From NCBI GenBank assembly GCA_964016885.1, contig OZ024741.1, positions 300,142,001-300,206,000 of the forward strand: 64,000 nt of DNA, in the 5' to 3' direction. Shown here piece by piece: positions 41,923 to 55,770 of the stretch (its first letter is position 1; each line of letters begins with the position of its first letter). Position numbers and translations under genes: made by a program. The stretch is from Eledone cirrhosa (taxonomy: Eukaryota). Under the pieces are notes generated by a model, which saw only the letters and a program-made list of their open reading frames with translations, did no database searches and was not told the origin of the DNA.

Positions 41923-44900
41923 GAATTATAGAATAATCAAAATTATGTTCAAAACATTTTACTGCTGACAATCGTTTCTTCCAAACGTTCGTTTGGATTC
42001 ATCCGAGCACTAGCAAAGTTTAGACATATAATTAAACCCTATTCCACAGAACAATCGCAAAGATACGTAGATGTTAGTGTTGTCATTAATAGTGTCATAT
42101 TTAAAGAGTGAAGATGATGTGGTCAGTATCAGTGGATGCTACAAAATTATAAAAGAATAATACAACAATTATAGAGGAATTTTACTGGCAAAACGAGGAC
42201 ATTAGCAGTACATATGCAAGCGTATAGAAAGAGTGCAGATGTGTTAGGCATGTACAAAATAACCAGGTAAGAAAGAAGCAATGGTACGAAGCATATATAT
42301 CACAGTATGGCAAAGGTATCACATAATACAATACAAGTATGAAAGTATATTAAGAAGACAGAGATGCCTGGGTATGAAAAGCAGTTTCTATGAAGTTTAT
42401 GGTGGATGTAATGTGATAATTGTTCCGGTAATGTTCAAATGTACATGTGTTGTGAGTATTAATATTAAGGTTTTCCTTTCCATTACACTGGTTATATTTT
42501 AGTAAATGTTTATTAGTAGCTATAACTGTGGATTGTATATTGGTCCAATTATAATCCTATCAAGGGTTCGAGTTGTTCTGGAGTGATCTGTCTAACGGCT
42601 TAATTTCAGGGAGTGATTAGATATCTGTATTAAGGGGAGCTAATGTTAAAGTGGAGGTAATGGGCGATTAATTTGTATATAAGAGAAACAAATATATAGT
42701 TGTTTACAACCTCAATTAGTTAAATTCTGTGTTAATATAGATTATATTATGTTATAACTGAATCCTTTTATATAATGATATTTATTTTTAAAGTTATATA
42801 TTTAATTTTAAATACAATCTTTTTTCCATATAATACCTTAAACCTTTATCACTACCTACCCATATATTAATTAGATTAATAAAATATTAGTAAGTTATTG
42901 TAGTTATATTAAATGGTGGTAACTTTATGTTTTTTCCTAATAGTTATTGTAGAGTATAAGATTTGAGGTAAATAGGAGGTAAGTGGAGGAATGAGCTGAT
43001 CATAGAATATGATGCTGTGGCGGTAATTATATGCTGATAAAACCTAGAAGTAAATTGTTAACGGTGGTGAGGAATCCCGATCTGGCATTGTTATATACTA
43101 GCAGCTAGGTCTGAAGTTGTGGAAAGAGTGTCGGTGTTAGTGTTGGCACATGGAAAAAATTTCTGATTTTCTATTTAAGAGATTTAGCTTAGAATAGATT
43201 ATAGTGCGAGTCTCTAGAAGACAGTGGTTACATAATTTATTCGGTGGTTTATACGATGCGGTGTTATCTATTACTTCCCATTGAAGTGTATATGGTATAT
43301 TCTTAGTTTTCAGAGAGTGTATGTAGTTAGATAAAGAAGTGGAGTTGGCTAGATTGCTATTTTTGAAAGTGTGGAGTTGCGAGTTATATCTCGTCTTGAA
43401 GCAGTTCGAAGTAGAACCGATATATGTTTTTGAAGTGTTGTTTGTATTGACTGTGCATGAGTAAATGATGTCTTTGATTAAGCAATTTTTATCCTAGGGG
43501 GCAAGTTATATTTGTTCTACAGTTACAATTATTCTGGTTGTTTACTTGCTGGTTAATAGGGTGTGTATATGCATGGTTGTTAGGGATAGCATTAGGGTAA
43601 TGATGATTATCATTCCCATTGTTATTAATTTCGTTAGCTATTACTATTATTGCTACTAGAATTGTCTGGTACTATGTTGTTATGTAAGTTCACCCTGTTG
43701 CGATTTAATTAGTTGGAAATAATTATTAATCTTCCTTTTATTACTACTAGCTATATGGTACGCGATGTTGGGTGTGGTAGAGTAAGAGATTTTAACGGTA
43801 TTTGTGGCCGACTGGGAAGTTTTTTCTAAGATTGAGAAGAAAGCCTTAGGTAAGTTGGTAGAAACGTTTAGATTGAAACGGGGATTGAAAAATGTATTAG
43901 TTCTATTTTTGTTTTTTTGTAATGTTCTTTGAGGTATTGTTTATATTTCTGTTTATATTATTGGGGTGTTTATTTTGGTGCGACTTAGGTTTGACATTAC
44001 CCTTCGTACTAGAGTTAGAGTGGCTAGTACGTTTATTACTTTTATTCGTGGCTATATTGTGAGAAATAATGTTGTAACTAGGTGATTTTATACGTACAAA
44101 TCTAATTTTATTTTTATGGCCTGATCGAGCTAAGACGTCATTATAGTATTGGGAATTACTGTTAGATATAGTTGCATTATATGATAGAGTAGAAATCCTA
44201 TTTGATATTCCTTTAGTAATTGAGTTTAATATAGAGTTAGGGTGGTTAGAGTTGGTATCTACATAAAGTATTTTTTCGTTTGGTTTATGAAAGGGTGTAT
44301 ATATTTTAGAGTCGAGGCAATGGGTAGCATCAAGGAAGGTAACGTGTTTAGTGTGTTTATCTAAGGTAATACTTAAGTTGAATTTAAAAAAAAATGTTAT
44401 GCAATTGTTTCCTAGTTCTTTCTATATTAAAATTGTTATAGTCAATAAGTAGTAGTGCATCATCGCGATATAACCCACCATTGAGGTAGGGCAGATTCTT
44501 ATGAATTCCATTTAAGAGATATATACCCACCAAATCAGTGACCTGCGCCGAGTCACTAGATCCCATAGTTATGTCAAAGTTGTTAGGTGTATCCTTGCGG
44601 GTACATAATTGATCTTCAAATACAATTATGGTTTTACGGGCCGCAAGGATGACATCAATTTGGGATCTAGTAAGGTGACTATTGTTCATAGCCATAATTA
44701 ATGCCTTGTTTAATAGGATAGGAGAAATAGAAGTGTAGTACGAATTAATATCAAATTGTATAAATTTGTTACTTATATTCTCATTAATATCATTGAACCA
44801 TTCAATGACTTCGCCAGTATTTCCCCACAGGTTAAGATACATTTTATGCTTAAATTGGGGGATGATTCTGTTAATATTTCTTTGCTGATATTTCCAATGT

Positions 44901-45330
44901 CAGATTTGGAAGGGCAAATTAGTCTTACAGATGGGTTACTATTAAAATCTCCCTTATGCTCTTTCAGAGATAATCTTTGTGTATGGCTGTGTATATCTCT
45001 GAAGTCCTAATTTACATGCTACACTATGGCCTTCTATAAGTTTTAAAGCCGTATGAGTCGAAATTGTGTGCATCTCTGTTTTTGTCTCTTCGGTTTCTAT
45101 CATAATGGAATGTGCTCCATCTCACTCTATTGATAAATGAGTTGACACTATTAATGAATAATTTTTCGTACGTATCCCTAGATGATATTGTGATGATCTT
45201 AGTAGACATAGGAAGATAATCTTTGATCAGCATACAGGTAATTATATGTATGTTAGCTCAATAGTATGGAGCAGTTATTAATAATAATATTATTATTTAT
45301 ACTTATATATAGACTATATATAATTATAAA
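41923..45330 (-). mobile_element. Penelope-like element 4, nested
   Basis: RT (FIQFDINSYY, MGSSDSAQVTDLVG, GGLYRDDAL) and GIY-YIG (IIYSCTV...TYIGSTSNCFKTRY); GATATAAATATAT at 41910-41922 and 45361-45373. Confidence 0.88.
41963..42009 (-). ncRNA. Type I hammerhead (U4G) at the 3' end of PLE 4
   Basis: tgct CGGATGA a-tccaaac-gaac-gtttgga-a GAAA cgattg TC agca; stem I extends imperfectly over 41941-42033. Confidence 0.7.
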
Positions 45331-45383
45331 CAGATATCAATATATATGTATAGTCTTAATGATATAAATATATATGTATAGTC

Positions 45384-45427
45384 TATGAAAGTTCTTTCGT
45401 TGCACATCTCCAACATCATCAGTGGTA
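45384..45427 (-). ncRNA. Hammerhead variant in inverted pseudo-LTR of PLE 3
   Basis: tacca CTGATGA t gttg...caac GAAA gaac TT tcata; stem I imperfect. Confidence 0.55.
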
Positions 45428-47183
45428 CTATTATGTTCCCTCATATTGTATTGTAATGTCTACGCCATTTTTATTTTATTTATTTATTCTTGTCTCTGTC
45501 TCTGTCTCTGCGCATGCGTTTGCGTGTGTGTATAATGTTTGGTGGGTGTGTGTTCACGTTTGCGTGTGTGTGTTTTTGTTTTGATATTCTATCTTTGTTC
45601 ACTAGTGTGTGTTTATATGCGTTTGTTGTTATTTACTTGTGTATATATTTATTTATTTATTTATATTTCCCTTAAGTCAGTATTGTTTGTTTGGGCGTTG
45701 TTGTTGTTATTCCATTCATGTTTTTTCTGTTTAACTTTGGTTTTCTTAGCTCTATCTCAGTTGCTTCTCTGAGTCAATTCTATGCTTAGATATTATTTTA
45801 ATTTCTATGTTGGCTATATTACCGTCATGTCTTTGTCTGGCGTGTTCATATAGTACTGAACCGTTTTTTGTTTGTCCTTTTAATCCCATGTGTTGGTCTA
45901 TTCTTCTCCATTTCTAGTTTTACAATATATCTGGGGGTTCAATAAACTACCAATAATAGGCACGGAACTCTGGATTAACACCATAGATGAGAGGGCCCAA
46001 ATTTTCCACTCACACGATGCCAAACCCAAAGCCTCCAAATACCTGATACTCAAAAACTCAGCAATGTCCAATAGTGCTAAGTTTAATATTGTGATCGCAG
46101 ACTTGGTAATAGTGATGAAGAATCTGTCTCGCATGTGCGAACCAACTGAAAGGGAAACACACATCCAACACTTCATCAATCGCATGCAGTTCTCTGGCTA
46201 CAACCAAAGAGAAAGACTGAATCAGAGTATACAAAGGAGCCACGGAGAAATATAAGACCATCATAGAAATATACATAAAAGAAATCTGCCCATTATACAG
46301 GAGTAAATCATGGAATAGCTTAGATAGGACTAAACATGAGCTAGGGAAAGCCACTTCATGGTACGACAACCAGAGATACCAGAATGTCATGTTCATGGAT
46401 GCTACCCCTGGAGGAAAATTAGATAAGCAATGTAGAAAGGCTCTACAAAAGACAAATCTAAAGATTAAAGTGGTAGAAAAGCCAGGAACTACCATAAGAT
46501 CCCTGATCTGCAAAGCATGCCCCTTTAAGAAACCCCACTGTACTAATAAGAAATGTGTTATATGTAAAGTAAACCCCCAGAAAAATTATAAAACTATAAA
46601 TGTAGTCTATAGCATAAGATGTACAGAGGGACTTGCAGAAACATGACAACGACATACATAGGCGAGAAAGATCGAAGCATAGGAGAAAGAATAGACCAAC
46701 ACTGGGGGGGAACAAAAAGGACAAAAAAATGGTTTAGTACTACATGAAGACTCCAGACAAAGACAAGGCGGTAATATTGACAGCATAGAAATTAGAATAA
46801 TATCTAATCATAGATATGGCTCTAGAGGTAGGCAAATCAGAGAAGCAACTGAGATAGAGCTAAGAAGACTGAAGTTAAACAGAAAAAAATGAATCGAATA
46901 ACAACAACAACCATACCCAAACAATCAATACTGACTTAATGGAAATATAAATAAATAAATATATTAATAAATATATATATATATACACAATTACAATGAC
47001 AACAATCACATATAAACACACACTAGTGAACAAAGATAGAATACAAAAACAAAAACACTCACTCAAACGCGAACACACACACCAAACATTATACACACAC
47101 GCAGAGACAAGAAAAAGAAATTAATTAAATAAATAAATATGGCGTAGATATTACAATACAGTGGATGGGAGGGAACATAATAG

Positions 47184-47227
47184 TACCAGTGATGATACTG
47201 CAGGTTTGCAACGAAAGAACTTTGATA
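47184..47227 (+). ncRNA. Degenerate hammerhead copy in 3' pseudo-LTR of PLE 3
   Basis: tacca GTGATGA tactgca...tgcaac GAAA gaac TT tgata. Confidence 0.45.
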
Positions 47228-47412
47228 GACTATATATATATATTTATATCTGTATTTTTATCTGCTGATCAATCAATAATATACATTAATTGCCCAATAA
47301 ATTAGCTATGGAGATATAAAAGATACAGAAGCGAAAACCAACCAAACAGTGAGTGTGTTCGGTTATTATTTCTGGCAATATTAAAACAATATGACCCTCC
47401 CCAAATATAACA

Positions 47413-49239
47413 AGGAGGGGCTCAAATACATACCCGATAGAGACAGGCAACTACAAACCTAACGACAACTAAACTACCCACACCTATAGGAATAATATAT
47501 ATAGAACTAAACATGGAAATAAGCAACGAGCACGAGAAATAGCCGAACCGAACACTAATATAGGGCCCACTAGAAACTACAGAAAATCCAGAGATAGGAA
47601 ATATTTATGGTTTAATCCAATCTTCAACTCTTCTATAAAAAGCAATCTACCTTTTGTATTCTTTAAACTAATTGACTAACACTTCCCTAAACTACACAAA
47701 TACCGTAGAATCTTTAACAGAAAAACTATTAAACTCTCTTACTCAACTGCAGTCAACATAGAATCACACATACATAAAATCAACTATAAAAGAATCTCTA
47801 AGGAAAGTAATGTAACAACATACACCATAGCACCAAATACAAAACGCAAACACATAACAACCTCACAACCACCCACATGTCAGGGCACATCGCAACAAAA
47901 AATCAATAAATCTAAATCTCAGCCATTTCCTAACAACTAACAAAAGCGCAACGGAGAACATGCACAAAGGAAGGCCTCCAAATATAACTGCCACCTGTCG
48001 GATAAATGCCTACTACAAAATAGATGCCTAGAATTATGTATAGTATACCTGTATACTATCAAATATGGCACCCTAACATGGCACTACATAGGTTCTACGG
48101 CTGGAGATTTCAAAATAAGATGGTATGTGCATAGATAGGCATTCTATAAAAAACCGTAGACTTGAGAATACAACGCCGCTGGTCAATAAGATCTGGCAGG
48201 TTAAGGACATCAACAATGAATATTAGATTAGCTGGTCGAAGTTATCGAGTGCAAGGGCCTACAATATTGGAATGTCCCACTGCGGACTATGCAATATGGA
48301 GCTGCTCCATATTTTAAAGTATGATAAAATGCTGCTTAACAACAAAATAGAGCGAACAATTTTCTGTGGGCACAAATCAGCCACCAAGTTCTCTAACTTC
48401 AAACCACAACCGGCATGATTTGATCCAGCAATCTCGGAATTCAGTCAAAACCACCCGGATTTTAATGTACTAGCTTCACACCACACCACTGTTATTAGCT
48501 GTAAACCGACCAACCCATCATTAAATCAACATCATGAATCCCCCAACCTTTCTTTCACCCTCTCTATATAGCCGTATCACCTCCATTAAGATAAAACAAT
48601 CAGTCCACCAGACCTTAATCACCCATATATCATCACTGCCCCTTTCACTTTTTATTCTATATCTATATATCTACTGCTTCCTCGTCCTTAGTGCTACCCT
48701 TTATGTCTCATCCTCGAATATTTATTTATATTCTCTGTCTCCTGTTCCTTATCTCTTTCTCTCTTACCTTTTTTTTAATTTTTATTTTTTTGTACCTCTT
48801 GCATTTTTATTTCGCCAGCTTATAAACTCTATGCTCTACATATATATTTCGTATTTCTGTTCATGTTATTGTTATTTTTACTATCATCACTATTTTACAC
48901 ATCCACTTACTAACCATTATAACACAACTACCACCACTACTATTATCCGCAACCGTATTTTGTACTTATTTTTTACATCTTTATCATTTTCCTTTTTACG
49001 TCTTTATTATTATCAATGATGTTATTGTTTCCATTCACTTGATTCTCCGATGTATCTATAAATACCAATGCCATGTGTTACACCCTCCAGTATTCCGATG
49101 ATTTGATCAGAGACACACACTGTATTTGACGCAATTTCGAGTGATTATCGCCCTTTAGACTCATTTGATCAATGAAACAATTGTTAATACTGTAAATAAA
49201 ACCCTTTTTGTACAGCCGACCATGTTATGCTTCACTCTT

Positions 49240-49243
<4 letters not shown>
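47413..49243 (+). mobile_element. Penelope-like element 5, 3' portion (linker, GIY-YIG, 3' region)
   Basis: RKYLWFNPIFN...RIFNRKTIKLSYS; IVYLYTI...HYIGSTAGDFKIRW; CGLC. Confidence 0.82.
49088..49192 (+). ncRNA. Type I hammerhead (U4C) with long stem II loop
   Basis: cagtatt CCGATGA t-ttgatca...tgatcaa-t GAAA caattg TT aatactg. Confidence 0.7.
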
Positions 49244-49323
<80 letters not shown>

Positions 49324-49324
49324 A

Positions 49325-52285
49325 CGAAGAAAGTGTGGTAATGAACCAGGTGGACCATAACGCACCAGAGTACTCGATACTTAGGTTAGTAGAGTGGGTA
49401 ATAGGAAAAGAGTCGGGACCCGACGACTGAGCTCTGGCCATTTCGACAGCTAGATCCGAACTAAAGCGCCAATATCCAAACGGCAGGAATCTAGCTGAAC
49501 CTATCAAGTGGTACAGTTCATATATGGGCATACAGTCAAAGCAAACATCTTGAAAGACTGTTTTTTTTTGTTTTTCTCCGGGAGTAGTCTGTGTGGGAGG
49601 TTACCTTAGATCAAATGGCTGGTTTAGTCCTGCTAAATGTGTATTTTATTTATCACATTCTTGGCGGCAAGGGGCTATACAGACCAAAAAGCAAGAGGAA
49701 AGGGTTAGTAGACTAACTGACCTGAAAGTGCCAAGTCAGTCAGGCGCTCACACACGCTATTAACAGAGATGTTATGCCTATCAACTATTTCCAATCTGTA
49801 GAAAGGTTATAATGCTAAACTTCAATTCAAGAGGGATAAAAGCCCAACGAGAAAAACTATAATTTTGGCGTGTATATGTATTTGTTAGTTTGCTTTATCT
49901 TTACATTTTTCTAAAAAGCTATGCATTTATAATTTATTACTATTTCTCGTCATGATAGAGACATTTAGTTATCAATTGCTCTCATTCACTAACTTACTTT
50001 TTTCATTTTACTTATTTTCAAACACCCATAAATCTACCCTTAATCTTAAAGATAGTACTTATTATTTATTTTCTTGTACTGTTGTAAGTTAGCTAGGGTT
50101 CTATAGTAAAGTAAATTCCCCAAAGTGCCAATATAACATGTATATCAAAGCCATCGCCAAACGTTGGCAAAAGGAAATAATAGAATTGAAGTTTACCCAA
50201 TAGCTTTCTTTAACAATTCTGACGCTATAGTTTGTGATGGTGCTTACGCATCAGCATAATATAAGTTTATATGCCAATACACGTTAACTCTGCATTCCAT
50301 GCCTGCGATAGCGGCGGTCCTGTTATGGCTACGAGTAAGTTTGTGCATTGTGCTTAAACTATGAGTAATAGGTCTGGTAAAGTATCATAGGTATCTGTTT
50401 GGTTGTTTCCAAAGGGCAATATGTATAATTTAGCAAAAACGAAAATATTCTATTTCTACCTAAGGAAGTTTAGGAAATCTTTACACTAATGAAAATATAC
50501 AAAGTTCTCCCTAGGGTGCTGAGGGTGTCCTCTATCTTAGCGTGTAAGTGGGAAGGATATTAAAGCCAATATCTACCCACCTGAGTCATGAGGGGGTTTA
50601 AAGTTAAGATATGCCCTATATAGTCTGTGTTTACACGAGGCAACGAGTTGAACATTTCTGTTTAAAAATTGGTCTTTGCGCAAACAGCATCTGGATCGTT
50701 TACACTGAGCATAAATTGCACGGACGACGTCCTCCCAAGTAAGAATTTTCCTTGGAAAGTCGGCTCCATGTTAGATGATAGATAATATTGTTGTCTTGGA
50801 AGTCCCAAATATGGCCAGAAAGTGCTCCAGCATGTCGCTGGGCCGGGTTTCTAAATTAATCTTGGTGTTGGTAGTACAGGGTTTTAAACTCCCAGGTAGT
50901 TAATTCGATGTAAGCATTCTTGGAATTTTCCGTCCTCACGTTGCACTGGTAGACTACGTTTTGTTCGTGGCATCTGTTGTTGAGGGGACACGATGATCTA
51001 TGCAGACAGTTCCAACTCCTAGTTTGCTCACCACTAATATCGTTGTTACATCTGTTAGATAGGAGTTTGATATTGTTAGATGAAGCGATATTTTATGCAA
51101 TGTTGGATGTAGTGCTGTACGAAAGTTTAGCAGTGTTTCTATTGATGATATTGTGTTAGTGGTGTTGGGGTGTCATGTGTTTATCGAGAAATCTGAAGAG
51201 AATCTTCCCAATCTGTTGCATGACCGGCTGCGTCGCCTGCTGGATCCGCTAATAGGGCTTGGATAATAGGATAGGTCCTCACTGAAGCCACTTCATTTGA
51301 GGGCCTGATTGCAGTAAGACACGTGTTCATTGATGGTCTACTCTACTCATTTAAGAACAAGCGTGATATGCAGAGGGAGATATTTTTTAATAAATTGTTG
51401 ACAATGTTCCTTTGATGGTTGGAATAGCGGTGGATACAGTGTAAATTCTCGTTTGATTTCCCGTGGGGGTAGTACAAATTGTCCTCCAGATTGAGTGTTA
51501 CACCCACAAAGTTAACACGGGTAAGGGACGTATGTAGGTTGTTTTTAAAACCCAAATCTCGGAAGAATTTGATGAAGTGTTTATGGACCCAGTCCATGCT
51601 ACTCTGGTTATACCCTGCGAGGGTACCATGACCGTCATCTCTGTACAAACCCCCTCTACCGCTTCAATGAGTTTTGGGAGTATGTATAGTTCTATAAGCT
51701 CAGTCACCTCAGCTGAGTCGGTCGAGCCTATTCTGACGTCGAAAGAAGATTTTGGAGCTCTTTTTATCCAACTGGAATTTTCGAAGAGCAATGGAATATG
51801 ATTTCAATTTCCTGGTCTATAATAGGTATAATTATTTTGGCGTGATCCAAAGCAGCTAAGAGTCGTTGGGTTATCGAGGCTTAGTAGTTCTCGATATTGA
51901 ACTGGATAAAAGTGGTATTCCTTTAATCGTCGATATTCGCAAACCAGAAGATGACTTCCTGAGGGTTTATCCAAAGGCTAAGCTCCGCATTTTGTTTGAA
52001 TTTAGGTATAACGCGATCCAAGATCCTTTTACTTATCTTCCCTATATCCGACTTTTAACATTTTTCGCTTTCACTGTATTCCCAAATATGGACTGTACCC
52101 ATTGATAAGTTCAGTTGGATTCCCGCCGGTGGAATACTGTCACTTTAGTTCGGATGTAGCAGTCGAAACGACCGGAGCTCAGCAGTCGGAGGCCTGAATA
52201 TTTTCATATTGCCCACTCTACTACCACAAGTATTGAGTAATATGGTGATTTATGATCCACCTGGTATTTTACCACATCCCTATCT

Positions 52286-52288
<3 letters not shown>
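49325..52288 (-). mobile_element. Penelope-like element 6 with inverted termini (49325-49550 and 52060-52288)
   Basis: KSDIGKISKRILDR; IGSTDSAEVTEL; YRDDG; NVVYQCNV...AYIE; flanks are diverged reverse complements. Confidence 0.82.
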
Positions 52289-52322
<34 letters not shown>

Positions 52323-52334
52323 ATGTGTGTGTGT

Positions 52335-52853
52335 GTGTTCGCATAGCTACAACCTTCCTAAAATCGTATTTCTTTCGAAATACGAACTTTCTATACATAT
52401 TGTATAAAGCTATGCTTGAAAAGAAATAGAAATTTCGTATTGCGAAAGAAATACGATTTTAGGAAGGTCGTAGCTATGTGAACACCGGGGGGGGGGGGAC
52501 TAACGCCCTCTGGTGTTGCCCAGCAGAAGCGAGGGGGACAACCCTCTATGCATTTCAGGCTTGACTGGCCATCGTCAGGACGATCCCACCCACTGCTCTG
52601 CGACTGCTAGACTTGAAAACAGCCGAGAATATATAGTTTTCTCGCTCGTGTAAATGAGGTGATTAATCTCATTTGCATATGAAGCTACATAAGTTGGCTC
52701 AACTTATAATAGAAAAGAAATAGCATTTCGCTTCAAGCATAGCTTTATACAATATGTATAAAAATTTAGTATTTAGAAAGGATTACAATTTTAGGAAGCC
52801 GTAACTATGCGAACACCGGGGGGGGGGGGGGGGGCTAACGCCCTCTGGTGTTG
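52335..52853 (-). mobile_element. Second non-coding retrozyme-like element (about 330-bp partial tandem plus inverted arm)
   Basis: gaacacc(G)n ctaacgccctctggtgttg at about 52480 and 52811; 52335-52420 is an inverted copy; contains a hammerhead. Confidence 0.72.
52535..52587 (-). ncRNA. Minimal type I hammerhead ribozyme
   Basis: gggatcgtc CTGACGA t-ggc-cagtcaa-gcc-t GAAA tgca TA gagggttgtccc. Confidence 0.7.
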
Positions 52854-54766
52854 ATATATACATACATATTTATAGTCTGAGGTCCTGAGATGGGGAAGAC
52901 CAGAAATGTAGGGTATGATGTAGAGTGTGAATCTTAATGAAATAGAGGATTCGATTGCGTGGTCAGACGTCGAGCAGTTTATAACCATACACATATTTAA
53001 CATGCGAGAAAGTACGACTGCCCGTGTAAATTGAAAGAAAATGATACAATCATTTAACCGATTTTCAGTCGTCATTGGGCCCTCATGACAATGCGTGTAT
53101 ATCATCCAAACAACAAGAACACGTGTATTTGATGGGCGTATATACTCATTCATTCTCAGTATTATTCTGAAATGGACGTACTAATTTGCATAAAAATAAT
53201 GCTCGTGTTGGTAAGTATAATATATATCAGGAATTGTGCTAGTAGCCGACGTGTTTGATAAAGTTACATCTGTATACATACAGAGTGTAACTGATATTGT
53301 TCCAACCTGTATACGAATTATCATTCGATCAGTTATTGAAAACTAGAACTTTCTTTACGGTGACGTCTTAATTCTAAACAGACTCATCTGCTATTTTCGA
53401 GGATATAAAAGAGAAGGCTGGACAAAGGAAGTCTATATTGATGTATGAAATACTATCTACACAGTAGAACTGTATTCCGAATACACAGAATAAAAGAGAC
53501 AAAGCATCCGCCATTGACAACCACTATCAAAATTAAAAGACTAGTGTGTATAAACGAAAACTAGACTGAAGTCTTATATATACACATTACAGATTATAGT
53601 GTATATCAAATATACATTCATTAAAAAATCGGCAAGCGTTAGGGAAAAGAAAGAACAAATATGTAACGAAATATATTGTCGCAAACATTAGAAATCATAT
53701 GAGATTTGTATTAAAATATGAAGAAACCACAAGTAGAATTAGACGAACAATTTGACAGAATACACATGATAAATGAAGGAAACCACTAACCACACATGAA
53801 ATACCCTGGAAAAATAAAGAACACAGTACAACAGCATTCATCTTTTCAAATGTAAGTTACAACAAAAGAAATATAGCAATGTAACAAGGACCGACGCAGA
53901 AACAATATGTGAGAAACGATGCCAAAATGAAAATTATACGGAACTGCACATAAATGAAAAAAGGCAGTATACCGAATCAAAAATACACGCACATCGAAAA
54001 ACACTTTGTGCTGAACGTCCGACAATGAATGTTCGTGAAATTAACGTGGAACTACTACATTTGTCACGGTGAGTGAACACAACAGTGTGATGAGGATGGT
54101 CCTTTGTATTACAGCTCCAACTCATTTAGATACCCGGGTGAGCTGGGGCGAAGCGTAATAAATGTCTGGCGTTGAGTCACAACGTGTTGCCGGCAATGGA
54201 ACTCATTAGGAGCGCATACTTCCAACTGTAACCTAATCGCAAAAAGATAATGAAAACCCTAGAAAAGCAAGTACACAGTCACGACAAATCAGTAGTCCCA
54301 ACCCCACACATCAACAATATAAACAGGCCATTACAGATCTAATAGTAAGTAGGGTCTAATTCAAGCAATAGAAATCTGTAATCGTTACTCGCAATCCAAT
54401 ATTGTTTGGTAGTAATATATTATATAGCGTAATGAAAAATATTATATAATGAAATATTATATAGTGTAATGAAAAAGTAACAAATTCATAAAATCAGTAA
54501 GCAATGTTGAACGTAAGTATATCGTCAACATCAGAGCGTGGAACTAATAGTCAAAAACATGCTACGAAAAATAGATATAAAAATAGATAAAACCATGTAG
54601 AAACTGGAATTCCTCATAACAAAATGCCGTATTAACGATATTTAGAAAATACGACGTCAATAAAAAATACAATGTATGAAATAGAAAAACTCAAACAAAG
54701 CTTATCAGCGAAAGCCTGCCCAACCTGACACCTTTAAAAAGGCAAAGACTCTTCCAGGAATATAAT

Positions 54767-54946
54767 TGTTTCTACTTTTTGGCACAAGGCCAGCAATTAC
54801 CCAGTGTATTACTGGTACTTTATTTTATCGACCCCATAAGGATGAAAGGCAAAGTTAACCTCGCGGGATTTGAACTCAGAATGGCAAGGGCCGTAACTCT
54901 ATGCGTCAAAGCATGGCGTCCGACCCTCTACCGATACTGCCAATCC
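54767..54946 (-). mobile_element. tRNA-derived SINE, 22-bp TSD
   Basis: Reverse complement of the 37611 family; AAGACTCTTCCAGGAATATAAT at 54745-54766 and 54947-54968. Confidence 0.9.
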
Positions 54947-55264
54947 AAGACTCTTCCAGGAATATAATGTATTTTAATTATAGTTGTACTGAACTGAAAA
55001 CCACACCGGTAGATGTCAAAAGAAGACGAAAAAATGATTCAGAGATATTGGAAGAGAATATTCTGCAAAGGCAATCAACGTAAAAATGCGAAATGGATCA
55101 GAGAGTAATGAGAAAGTAATATATATGAGAGTGCCAAAAGCAGGTCCAACCATTATCGGCATGGAAAACAGTGACACATGGTAAACAGCAAACAACTGAT
55201 AAGTTGTCCACTTTCTATGTGCATATGAATACATAACAACACGAAATTATTAAAGATTCATAAT

Positions 55265-55770
55265 AACGGTGACGGTAAGCACCACGACGGAATTACCCTC
55301 TTCCTTTTCGAAGGGGATTAATCCCGTATCCAACTTAGTCGATTCGGCCACAAAACCCTGCACCGTGTCTTGCAATGTAGAGGACAGGGACACGAGCAAA
55401 TACCGGAGCTTGCACGGATGCTTCCTTTTTGTACGGGTCCCCTTCGAGACACCAGGCGTACACGGACCCCGGACAGCTGACTTTCTCCCTAAAGTCGGAT
55501 CGATAATAGCCCCTCTTAGGAAGAATCCCCGTGACGTAGAGTGGCTGTTGTAGCGTTCGTCGCTGGCTATCGTCCGCAGAAATGCCTTTGCCATTTTGTC
55601 CACGGGGTGCAGGTTAAACATCGCTCTGACCTAAGTGTAGAGCCTGTCACCTCTACTTCCCCTTCCTTTATTCCATTGTTTATTTGTCCTGGCTCTTACC
55701 CACATTTTCCTCTCATTTATGGCTGTTATAGTCCTTTCGAATGCTGCTTTCTTTTTCATAATAATTAAAC
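55265..55770 (+). mobile_element. CRE-like non-LTR 3' fragment (restriction-like endonuclease)
   Basis: SKYRSL...FLFVRVPFETPGVHGPRTADFL...WLL*RSSLAIVRRNAFAIL. Confidence 0.65.

Larger units (their letters stand above)
41748..47412 (+). mobile_element. Penelope-like element 3, with inverted pseudo-LTR split by a nested PLE
   Basis: 41748-41922 plus 45361-45912 are the reverse complement of 46678-47412; ORF remnant 45930-46870 with DATPGGKL...CVIC...NVVYSIRC...TYIGE. Confidence 0.8.

Noticed and set aside
54085-54205. Possible fragment of a second SINE family on the minus strand
   Set aside because: Short, degenerate, single copy in the window; recognised only loosely from memory.
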